The notes below the pieces were generated by a model that was given only the letters and a program-made list of their open reading frames with translations, ran no database searches and was not told the origin of the DNA. A stretch of 64,000 bases of DNA from a virus: the IMG/VR virus record IMGVR_UViG_3300008267_000009, positions 1 to 64,000 of that record. One strand, written 5' to 3'. Position numbers and translations under genes: made by a program. This document shows positions 1-6,606 of the stretch, piece by piece (positions within the stretch are counted from its first letter, which is position 1; each line of letters opens with the position of its first letter).

Positions 1-1
1 A

Positions 2-63
2 TGTGGATAACTTACGCTCAAAATTCCAGGGATTTCCACACCTGTGTATAAAGCTGTGGATAA
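2..63. promoter_or_regulatory. Cluster of DnaA boxes
   Basis: TGTGGATAA at 2-10 and 55-63 and TGTGTATAA at 43-51 (reverse complements of TTWTNCACA); near match ATTTCCACA at 32-40. Confidence 0.6.
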
Positions 64-119
64 CGCCCCCAAAAAGCTGCGGGCCGATCTGACAATTGTC
101 AAACCGACACGCCGCTAAT

Positions 120-263
120 TTACTGTGATTTATCTCGCATTGCTAAACGCCACGACCACACAAGGGCGGGAATACCGATAAGCAAATAGAGCGGGATATT
201 AGCATAGAGCCCTAAGAAATCGGAGTTTATATATAAGAAATCCCAAGTAATTTCAATCTCCAT
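120..263 (-). CDS. Small membrane protein, 47 aa (not in ORF track)
   Basis: MEIEITWDFLYINSDFLGLYANIPLYLLIGIPALVWSWRLAMRDKSQ; TAATG coupling to upstream ORF; one hydrophobic segment. Confidence 0.55.
   Translation of the reverse strand: MEIEITWDFLYINSDFLGLYANIPLYLLIGIPALVWSWRLAMRDKSQ
124..139. promoter_or_regulatory. CRP/GlxR-like site
   Basis: TGTGA-tttatc-TCGCA, one mismatch to TGTGA-N6-TCACA. Confidence 0.4.
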
Positions 264-439
264 TATTCGTATGTCTCCCAATCTAGTGTAAGAGATTTAG
301 ACATCTCATCTTCATCATACTCATCAGAGCCTAACTCTATTAAGCCCTCTTCTAGAGCCTTGTTATACATTTCTTCTTCATCAAGATAGACATAAGCATC
401 GCTTACATCTGCTTGGATAGTATCCCATTTAGTCATCAT
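263..439 (-). CDS. Highly acidic small early protein, 58 aa (not in ORF track)
   Basis: MMTKWDTIQADVSDAYVYLDEEEMYNKALEEGLIELGSDEYDEDEMSKSLTLDWETYE; AGGAG RBS; TAATG overlaps at both ends. Confidence 0.7.
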   Translation of the reverse strand: MMTKWDTIQADVSDAYVYLDEEEMYNKALEEGLIELGSDEYDEDEMSKSLTLDWETYE

Positions 440-612
440 TACTTATTATCTCCTGTCTTGATAGTCATTACATTAGCAGAAAACTTAGTTTTCTTACCTA
501 GTTCGCTAGCGTTAAGCGATTCGATTAGGTGGTCAATAGCCTTTATATCGTGGGCTACATTGTCAATAGATAGTAGGCGAGAGCCTTGCCAAATTGAGTA
601 AGTGATTGTCAT
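439..612 (-). CDS. Hypothetical early protein, 57 aa (not in ORF track)
   Basis: MTITYSIWQGSRLLSIDNVAHDIKAIDHLIESLNASELGKKTKFSANVMTIKTGDNK; purine-rich RBS; downstream of promoter at 730-758. Confidence 0.65.
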   Translation of the reverse strand: MTITYSIWQGSRLLSIDNVAHDIKAIDHLIESLNASELGKKTKFSANVMTIKTGDNK

Positions 613-655
613 TATCTGTTCTTCTTTCGTTAGTAGTTAGTTAGTTGTTAAGCGG

Positions 656-697
656 TTATTTGCTAGGCTCACCTTTCGGATTATTTGCTAGGCTCAC
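656..697 (-). repeat. Tandem 17-bp direct repeat in a 5' leader
   Basis: ttatttgctaggctcac at 656-672 and 681-697, separated by 8 nt. Confidence 0.85.
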
Positions 698-729
698 GCT
701 TTAATTCTTATTTAATTGTTATGTCTGTA

Positions 730-758
730 AGACTACACTATAGGTCTGACATTTTCAA
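730..758 (-). promoter_or_regulatory. Leftward sigma70/SigA-type promoter with TGTCAGAC in spacer
   Basis: TTGAAA-17nt-TAGTCT on minus strand. Confidence 0.55.
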
Positions 759-780
759 CCTTATAGGGGGGTGTGTCGTG

Positions 781-796
781 TGTGAGTTACCTCACA
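781..796. promoter_or_regulatory. CRP/GlxR consensus site
   Basis: Perfect TGTGA-gttacc-TCACA upstream of promoter 730-758. Confidence 0.55.
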
Positions 797-939
797 TTGA
801 CTAGGGCGTGTGTAGCGTAGTTACCGCCACACATTACGCATAGTGTCCAAGCGGTTACCCTACCGCAACCATTAGAACACGCCACATAGTGGCTAGGTGT
901 GTGATAGTCGTTACGACTTTCCCAAATACGATTAGTCAT
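787..939 (-). CDS. Small Cys4 zinc-ribbon-like protein, 50 aa (not in ORF track)
   Basis: MTNRIWESRNDYHTPSHYVACSNGCGRVTAWTLCVMCGGNYATHALVNVR; GAAAGG RBS. Confidence 0.6.
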   Translation of the reverse strand: MTNRIWESRNDYHTPSHYVACSNGCGRVTAWTLCVMCGGNYATHALVNVR

Positions 940-940
940 A

Positions 941-1153
941 TTAGTTAGCCTTTCTATTAGCGAACACCCAAGCGGACTCGCTAGGTGATAGGTAGCGGTG
1001 AGAGATTAGACCCTTATCGGCTACCATATAGACATAAGCCATACGGCTAATGTAGTTACCATTAGCAAGACGGAAGATATTGTTATCCTTAGTGTTACTA
1101 GAGGACATTGGATGAGTAGGTTCTACTACTACGCTTACATTTAGTGAGTTCAT
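941..1153 (-). CDS. Hypothetical early protein, 70 aa
   Basis: ORF 941..1234 trimmed to the ATG at 1153 after an AAAGGAG RBS. Confidence 0.65.
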   Translation of the reverse strand: MNSLNVSVVVEPTHPMSSSNTKDNNIFRLANGNYISRMAYVYMVADKGLISHRYLSPSESAWVFANRKAN

Positions 1154-1204
1154 TTGAACTCCTTTCTTTAGTAACACCTTGTTACTTTCTTTCTTATACC
1201 TATA

Positions 1205-1234
1205 ACTATACAGGGGGGGTCTGACAAATATCAA
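1205..1234 (-). promoter_or_regulatory. Leftward promoter with TGTCAGAC in spacer
   Basis: TTGATA-18nt-TATAGT on minus strand; same architecture as 730-758. Confidence 0.55.
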
Positions 1235-1274
1235 GTCGAAAATCGGACATTCAGGACAATTTGAAAAAATAGTT

Positions 1275-1290
1275 AGTGAGATACATCACA
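1275..1290. promoter_or_regulatory. CRP/GlxR-like site
   Basis: AGTGA-gataca-TCACA upstream of promoter 1205-1234. Confidence 0.45.
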
Positions 1291-1424
1291 TTTAGGCTCA
1301 TTATGGGCGCACTATCGGACAAATCGGACATGTTTTAGGTTCAGCATCATACAAATTAAAAATATATTAACATTTTAGAAAATATGAAATAGTAGTTGAC
1401 TGAAATATATAGTACAATAGATAT

Positions 1425-1532
1425 ATGGAAAAGATCCCAGGATATAAGCAGACTCCACCAGATTGGTGTGATGATTGCAATGCTGCTCCAGGGGGAGAAT
1501 GTCCAGATTGTGGATGTACTCACAATTGTTAA
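1425..1532 (+). CDS. Cys-rich 35-aa metal-binding peptide, leaderless (not in ORF track)
   Basis: MEKIPGYKQTPPDWCDDCNAAPGGECPDCGCTHNC; TACAAT at 1413-1418, 6 nt before the ATG. Confidence 0.55.
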   Translation: MEKIPGYKQTPPDWCDDCNAAPGGECPDCGCTHNC

Positions 1533-1561
1533 AAAGCGGGAACCGAATACGCTAATCCTTT

Positions 1562-1636
1562 GGGGATATAGCTTAATCTGGTTAAAGCATTTGTCTTATA
1601 TACAAACGATTCTGGGTTCAAATCCCAGTATCCCTA
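1562..1636 (+). tRNA. tRNA-Ile (anticodon UAU)
   Basis: Acceptor GGGGATA/TATCCCT, D arm GCTT..AAGC with GG, anticodon stem TTTGT/ACAAA with loop CT-TAT-AT, T arm CTGGG-TTCAAAT-CCCAG; no encoded CCA. Confidence 0.92.
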
Positions 1637-1644
1637 CTAAAGTC

Positions 1645-1674
1645 TTGACAGTGAAATTTTGATAATGTTATAAT
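1645..1674 (+). promoter_or_regulatory. sigma70-type promoter
   Basis: TTGACA-18nt-TATAAT with TGn extension. Confidence 0.65.
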
Positions 1675-1747
1675 TCCATAGGGGGGTCGGGGGGTCAGCA
1701 AATCAACAAATAACAAATATTTAATATATATAATATATAAGGATAAT

Positions 1748-1843
1748 ATGGATAAAAAGTTAAAGAAAATGAAGAATGCAGTCCTAGTATTTTCTTGGAT
1801 CTGGATAGCTGGTTGGATTTGGTATATATGGCATCTGAATTAG
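1748..1843 (+). CDS. Trp-rich 31-aa membrane peptide (not in ORF track)
   Basis: MDKKLKKMKNAVLVFSWIWIAGWIWYIWHLN; AAGGA RBS; basic N-terminus plus hydrophobic stretch. Confidence 0.4.
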   Translation: MDKKLKKMKNAVLVFSWIWIAGWIWYIWHLN

Positions 1844-2637
1844 AATTTTTGCAATTTTCAAGTAAAATTGATCACTCAGTATTAAACCCTTCATACACAG
1901 ATGATGAAGCTATAGAAGAAGTTAAAGTGTCTGCTTGGTACAGAACTAAGTATGCTATTGTAAAACCACATCACTTGCCTATAACAAAAACTGTTCCAGG
2001 TGGTAATATAATAAGCACTATCGGATTTCCTCATGGCGGAAACTCAATGAGAAGTAAGATAATCGAAGCTCAGTATTTGCATACATTTATGTGTAAGGAA
2101 GCTGATATGGTTATGAATATAGGTGCATTTAGATCTAAAAAGTTTAAGTATGTAGAAGATGAAATTATAGCTGTAAAAAATGCTTTAAATAATGTTATTA
2201 ATACAGCTCCAGGTGTTACTTTGCCAAGTGGAGATTCTAGATCTCATAATGGTTCAGGTTCTGTGCTAAAGGTAATTATTGAAGTTGGACATCTAACAGA
2301 TGATGAGATTGCTGATGCTTGCAAACTTGTAGAGCAAGCAGGTGGAGATTTTGTAAAGACATCTAGTGGATATGGTCCTAGAGGAGCAACACTAAAAGAT
2401 ATTGAGATTATGAAAAATTCTGTTAGCTCAGCTGTTGGAGTAAAAGCAGCGGGTGGAATTAGAACATTAGAATCAGCACTTGCAATGATAGATGCAGGAG
2501 CAGATAGACTAGGACTTACTGCAACTAAGAAAATATGTGATGATTGGCGTATTATGCATGGATTAATTGATTTAGATTGGGATAATCCAGATTACAAAGA
2601 TCATAAAGTAACAGATGCGATGTTAAATCAACTATGA
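1828..2637 (+). CDS. deoC: Deoxyribose-phosphate aldolase
   Basis: IDHSVL, GFPHG, DMVMNIG, LKVIIE, DFVKTSSG (Schiff-base Lys), VKAAGGIRT, GADRLG; ATG at 1828 preferred to TTG at 1795. Confidence 0.93.
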   Translation: MASELEFLQFSSKIDHSVLNPSYTDDEAIEEVKVSAWYRTKYAIVKPHHLPITKTVPGGNIISTIGFPHGGNSMRSKIIEAQYLHTFMCKEADMVMNIGAFRSKKFKYVEDEIIAVKNALNNVINTAPGVTLPSGDSRSHNGSGSVLKVIIEVGHLTDDEIADACKLVEQAGGDFVKTSSGYGPRGATLKDIEIMKNSVSSAVGVKAAGGIRTLESALAMIDAGADRLGLTATKKICDDWRIMHGLIDLDWDNPDYKDHKVTDAMLNQL

Positions 2638-2744
2638 AATTTTGTACTTATTGCGATAAGCTATCATATACTTCTAAATTAACTTCAGAAGGCAAAATTA
2701 TATATTATTGTTCAGATCATGCTATAAATATCTCAGTCGACTAG
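2634..2744 (+). CDS. Small zinc-finger-like protein, 36 aa (not in ORF track)
   Basis: MKFCTYCDK...YYCSDH; ATGA overlap with deoC stop. Confidence 0.5.
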   Translation: MKFCTYCDKLSYTSKLTSEGKIIYYCSDHAINISVD

Positions 2745-2780
2745 GTTTATTATATATAGTACTAATGATAGAATGTAGCT

Positions 2781-3065
2781 ATGAAATCAGAAAAGTCTTC
2801 TGTAGCTAAACAAAAGGCATTTCTGACTAGATATATTCAAGAATTAAAAAGTAAAACTCCCTGTATGGATTGCAAAGAATCATATCCATACTACGTAATG
2901 GATTTTGATCATGTACGTGGGCGGAAACAAGCAAATGTAATGGAACTAGTTTCTACTCTATCTAAGAAAAGAATAGATGAAGAAATATCTAAGTGTGAGA
3001 TTGTTTGTTCTAATTGTCATAGAATAAGAACTCATTTAAGAAAAATTAAAAAGATAAATAAGTAA
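2781..3065 (+). CDS. HNH endonuclease
   Basis: CMDC...DFDH...CSNCHRIRT; leaderless TAGAAT-6nt-ATG. Confidence 0.8.
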   Translation: MKSEKSSVAKQKAFLTRYIQELKSKTPCMDCKESYPYYVMDFDHVRGRKQANVMELVSTLSKKRIDEEISKCEIVCSNCHRIRTHLRKIKKINK

Positions 3066-3114
3066 TATATTCTAGTTGACTAAGATATATATGAATAATA
3101 AAACGGGGGGATAT

Positions 3115-3417
3115 ATGGAAAATCGTCTCAGATTGGCCTATGAGAGCTCAAGACTCGAAAACAAGAACTTCTACCTTGGAGATGAGATCTTGGCTAAAAA
3201 GGCCCTTGGAGTATTTATAGACTATATCCTAGAAAAGTTGCTAGAATGTCCAAATGTAGAATATTCAAAGTGCTCTACTTGGTGGAGACATGATGATTGT
3301 AATAAATTGATGGAAATGTTATTCGAATTGACTGGAAATATTAAATATAAGGCAGTATATGGTGATAGGTTACTATCTGAACCTGCTGATGGTAAGCAAT
3401 TGAACCTATGGGATTAA
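3115..3417 (+). CDS. Hypothetical protein
   Basis: ORF 3076..3417; ATG at 3115 follows GGGGGA. Confidence 0.6.
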   Translation: MENRLRLAYESSRLENKNFYLGDEILAKKALGVFIDYILEKLLECPNVEYSKCSTWWRHDDCNKLMEMLFELTGNIKYKAVYGDRLLSEPADGKQLNLWD

Positions 3418-3605
3418 ATTAGGTTCTTCTTCTCCCGCCGCACTTTCACTTTTTTAATCCAATATAAAGGATTAAGCGCATTTAATATTTTATATATACG
3501 AGCTTCTATTTTCTTCTCTATCTTAGCAGTATTAGACTCTTCCTGAAAATACTTAGTTCGGAAGTATGGGTTATTCATCTGCTTCGAAAAATGATGTGGG
3601 CTCAT
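3414..3605 (-). CDS. Hypothetical basic protein
   Basis: Leaderless TATAAT-6nt-ATG. Confidence 0.6.
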   Translation of the reverse strand: MSPHHFSKQMNNPYFRTKYFQEESNTAKIEKKIEARIYKILNALNPLYWIKKVKVRREKKNLI

Positions 3606-3660
3606 ATTTTAATTATACCCCCAAACCTTTCTTTTTTCGCCGCACTTTTTTCGCACTATT

Positions 3661-3939
3661 TTATTCTATTACCATAACTGCAACAGAAATTGATTGCAAA
3701 GGATCTTCAGATATTACATATAGCCTATCGTTATAAGGCACACCCTCTATTGTAACTGGAGGCTGATCGTGCTCTACTCTTATGCCATATTTAGTTAAAG
3801 ATACATCTGGTCCACCAACTAGTATATGCTTATTTGCACTTAAATTTGTAATAATTATTTTATAATAAGATTGCACTTCATCTGGAAAGCTAAGCTCCAC
3901 AGGAGTCGCATTTGCTGTTACTAGCTTGGTTCTAATCAT
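3661..3939 (-). CDS. Hypothetical beta-rich protein
   Basis: Leaderless TATAAT-6nt-ATG; 92 aa. Confidence 0.7.
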   Translation of the reverse strand: MIRTKLVTANATPVELSFPDEVQSYYKIIITNLSANKHILVGGPDVSLTKYGIRVEHDQPPVTIEGVPYNDRLYVISEDPLQSISVAVMVIE

Positions 3940-3960
3940 ACCCTAATTATACACCCATAT

Positions 3961-4051
3961 AAACACAAAACCCAACCAGAGGCGGATCCGATTGGGTTTA
4001 TGTAGTATATTACTATACATTATACTGGGAACATCTCTGCTCTACCAGCAC
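3961..4051 (-). ncRNA. Candidate ~90-nt structured small RNA
   Basis: Own promoter (4058-4086); hairpin TGCTGG-ta-GAGCA-GAGA-TGTTC-CCAGTA, second short hairpin, then terminator AAACCCAATCGGA/TCTGGTTGGGTTT with U-rich tail; G-U pairs work only on minus strand. Confidence 0.55.
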
Positions 4052-4057
4052 TTCTTA

Positions 4058-4086
4058 ATTGTAAAATAATAATTTTACAATGTCAA
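4058..4086 (-). promoter_or_regulatory. Consensus promoter with overlapping palindrome
   Basis: TTGACA-17nt-TACAAT on minus strand; inverted repeat TTGTAAAAT-aata-ATTTTACAA at 4059-4080. Confidence 0.7.
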
Positions 4087-4090
4087 TAGT

Positions 4091-4288
4091 TTAGGCATCA
4101 AAATTGATGACGCCCTTAGAGGCCAATATATCATAAAGTCCACCGCACATATATTCTAGCTGTGGTCTCATTTCTTCGATATATTTCTCTAAATCAGCGA
4201 GTTTAGTACCTTCTTGATTCACAGCCGCCAAACGATTATCGTTATTAATCTTTTCGACCATAAGCAAGACTACTTGTTCTTTTGTCAT
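4091..4288 (-). CDS. Hypothetical protein
   Basis: 65-aa ORF with GAGGA RBS and ATGA-type overlap. Confidence 0.65.
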   Translation of the reverse strand: MTKEQVVLLMVEKINNDNRLAAVNQEGTKLADLEKYIEEMRPQLEYMCGGLYDILASKGVINFDA

Positions 4289-4503
4289 TTATTTTCCTCT
4301 TCATTGTTAGGGACGTAAGAAGGGACTGGTCCCAATAAGTAACCCTTCTCATGATATTCTACCATTTTTTCTACGTCTTGGCTACCAGCAACCTCTTTTG
4401 CAATAAGGGTAAGCATGTCATATATTCTGTGCAGCATAATATAATTTACTAGTGGCAAATTATCTTCTATGCTATTCGTCTGTTGATTCTGGTCTTCCTG
4501 CAT
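4285..4503 (-). CDS. Hypothetical protein
   Basis: 72-aa ORF in a coupled operon. Confidence 0.65.
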   Translation of the reverse strand: MQEDQNQQTNSIEDNLPLVNYIMLHRIYDMLTLIAKEVAGSQDVEKMVEYHEKGYLLGPVPSYVPNNEEENK

Positions 4504-4585
4504 CTAGCCAAAATACCTCTCTACCCATTGCATCTGTAACATACATTGCAGATCCTTCATATTCTATTTTTTCAGGCTCACACAT
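4472..4585 (-). CDS. Small acidic hypothetical protein, 37 aa (not in ORF track)
   Basis: MCEPEKIEYEGSAMYVTDAMGREVFWLDAGRPESTDE fills the gap between neighbours. Confidence 0.4.
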   Translation of the reverse strand: MCEPEKIEYEGSAMYVTDAMGREVFWLDAGRPESTDE

Positions 4586-5759
4586 TTTGAAACCATTTCT
4601 TAATTATAGGGCTTTCAGTTGTTTCTAAATACTCTATCATGCTTTCAGGGTTATTATCTGTATAAATATTTTTAACCTCATGGTCCCATCTAGCAGACTG
4701 GTTTGAATATATTAACCAGTCCTGACTTTTGTCTGGATAAAATATAATTTGTTGGGTTCCTTTATCTGCATACATAGCATTTAAAAAGTTACTTCCAACT
4801 ATTCCAACAATACACTCAGCTTCAGTAACAGATTTAATCTGATCCATCATATTAATGTCTTCATTATAAAAAATTTCAAATCCTTTAGATTCCATATAGT
4901 CATTTAATTTATCTGTATTTGAAATTGCTCTATCGCTATAGAGTTTAGTGTTTCTAGCTATGAATATTTTTTTTCCAGGAATGGTTCTACTTATAAGACC
5001 GCTTTCGGCAAAATTTCTTTTTAAAATCTCAAAAGAATCTGAGTACAGAAGTAAAGTAGGTTGTCCAAATGTAATGATTTGATAAGATAGCTTAAAGGCT
5101 AAGCTTTCGTGTCTTGTAGGAAAGACTCTTTTTACTCCAGATAGCCCAGTATTGTTTGACCAATGAATGTAGTTAGTTGTATATGTCTCACTGTCGTTAG
5201 CAGGCTCAAATCCCATGTCGGTATAATAAAATACATAAGCTGAGTCTGCAGATATTACTTTATTAAACTTAGAGTCTGTACACTCATAATCAATTTCATA
5301 AAAATTTAAAAAATCAAGCCAATATCTCAAAGGTTCAGTGTTTATGTCTTTCGCCTGTTGAGCAGTCATTAAAAACGTTTTATATATTTTATCTTCAGTA
5401 ATCATGCTTTCTCTGGCATTAAAAACAACTTTAAATTTTTCATTATTTTCTTTTAGCGTAAGAATTATTGGCATAATTTCAAGCATGTCGTGAAAATATT
5501 TTTTTGTAATTGGTATTGTAAGTATAGCTCCATCGTAATGTTCTTCTTGCTTATTATTAAATTCACCAACCATAGGAATCATTATTCCATTAAACTGATG
5601 TCTATAATTTATTACAGGATTTTTTACTTTTACATAAAACCCAAATTCTCCGTAAGGCTTAACATCCTCAACTTGCTCTAAAGATCTTATTTCTTCAAAA
5701 AAGGCTTCTCTTACTTCTGGATGAGTTATTGTTATTCCTTTAATTGGACCAGCAGCCAC
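4578..5759 (-). CDS. Glycosyltransferase family 61 (DUF563)-like protein
   Basis: C-terminal IFIARN..RAISN..GFEIFYNEDINMMDQIKSVTEAECIVGIVGSNFLNAMY matches the GT61 signature. Confidence 0.75.
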   Translation of the reverse strand: MAAGPIKGITITHPEVREAFFEEIRSLEQVEDVKPYGEFGFYVKVKNPVINYRHQFNGIMIPMVGEFNNKQEEHYDGAILTIPITKKYFHDMLEIMPIILTLKENNEKFKVVFNARESMITEDKIYKTFLMTAQQAKDINTEPLRYWLDFLNFYEIDYECTDSKFNKVISADSAYVFYYTDMGFEPANDSETYTTNYIHWSNNTGLSGVKRVFPTRHESLAFKLSYQIITFGQPTLLLYSDSFEILKRNFAESGLISRTIPGKKIFIARNTKLYSDRAISNTDKLNDYMESKGFEIFYNEDINMMDQIKSVTEAECIVGIVGSNFLNAMYADKGTQQIIFYPDKSQDWLIYSNQSARWDHEVKNIYTDNNPESMIEYLETTESPIIKKWFQNV

Positions 5760-5965
5760 TACAACCCCTTTATCTGTTTGCAGAGCTTATCATAAAAATC
5801 TAAGCCTATATTTTTTTTATAAGAACATGATAAGCAGTATAAGTATATATTACCATTTAAGTCTTCATTAGACATAAGAAGGCCCTGATCCAGAGGACAA
5901 TCGAGTCTTGGAACAAGGCCTTCTCTTGATAAGGCTATATATTTAGATACGTATTGTATCTGCAT
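5759..5965 (-). CDS. Zinc-ribbon hypothetical protein
   Basis: CPLD...CLSC. Confidence 0.65.
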   Translation of the reverse strand: MQIQYVSKYIALSREGLVPRLDCPLDQGLLMSNEDLNGNIYLYCLSCSYKKNIGLDFYDKLCKQIKGL

Positions 5966-5970
5966 CTGAC

Positions 5971-6522
5971 CTACTTCTTGTTATCAGTCGGGAATTGCAA
6001 TAGCCATTCCTGTGCTTTTGGGGTCATACCCTTCCAAGCTGACCAATCAATACCGCCATTGGTCATGTAGTACGTTATCTCTGCGTTTGTTACTGGGTCG
6101 AATAACTCTTTGTTACTCTTTAGGTCGAATTTCTCAAGTCTTTCAGGACCTAAGTCTCCGATCATATTTATCTGGAATATTCCATAGGAATTGTCTCCAG
6201 TTTTCTTATTCCCGTTATATGCAAGCGGTCTTCCATTAGATTCACGCTTTGCTATTGACCAGGCTTTCTTAAGGCCTGTTCCTTCGAATCCTACAGTCTT
6301 AAGTAGCGTTAGCAACTCTTGATCTGTAAGCATCTCAGATGGCTTGTAAATCTCTTTACTAAAACTATCTAAGACTTCTTGCTTTAATTGGGCTTCAGTT
6401 TTCACTAAAGGTTTTACTTTTAAGGCATTTGCAGGCTGGACTGGAAACAAAAATAATGTTATCATTACTATTGTTACCAGGTTATGAGCCAAATCACTTA
6501 CCTGTTGTTTTATTTTCTCCAT
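5971..6522 (-). CDS. Secreted lysozyme-like / lytic transglycosylase (SLT-type) protein
   Basis: AKRESNG (catalytic Glu), YGIFQIN, LFDPVTNA, WSAW; signal peptide ending ANA; AAAGGAGG RBS before ATG at 6522. Confidence 0.8.
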   Translation of the reverse strand: MEKIKQQVSDLAHNLVTIVMITLFLFPVQPANALKVKPLVKTEAQLKQEVLDSFSKEIYKPSEMLTDQELLTLLKTVGFEGTGLKKAWSIAKRESNGRPLAYNGNKKTGDNSYGIFQINMIGDLGPERLEKFDLKSNKELFDPVTNAEITYYMTNGGIDWSAWKGMTPKAQEWLLQFPTDNKK

Positions 6523-6555
6523 TGGCATTTCCTCCTTTAGAGATAACGAACTATA

Positions 6556-6585
6556 ATAGTAGCATTGATTGGATAAGCCTGTCAA
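6556..6585 (-). promoter_or_regulatory. Promoter for the lysozyme/GT61 operon
   Basis: TTGACA-18nt-TACTAT with TGc extension on minus strand. Confidence 0.6.
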
Positions 6586-6606
6586 CCTAGTTAACTAAAA
6601 AAATAT

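Noticed and set aside
413-601. Plus-strand 62-aa ORF
   Set aside because: It is antisense to coupled minus-strand ORFs that have RBSs
656-697. Mini-CRISPR array
   Set aside because: Only two 17-bp repeats with an 8-nt gap, too short for a repeat-spacer unit
1396-1662. 88-aa ORF in the track
   Set aside because: It overlaps the tRNA-Ile and a better-supported leaderless 35-aa ORF
1681-1694. GGGGGGTCGGGGGG tract as a G-quadruplex or packaging site
   Set aside because: Only two G-runs and no supporting evidence in the window
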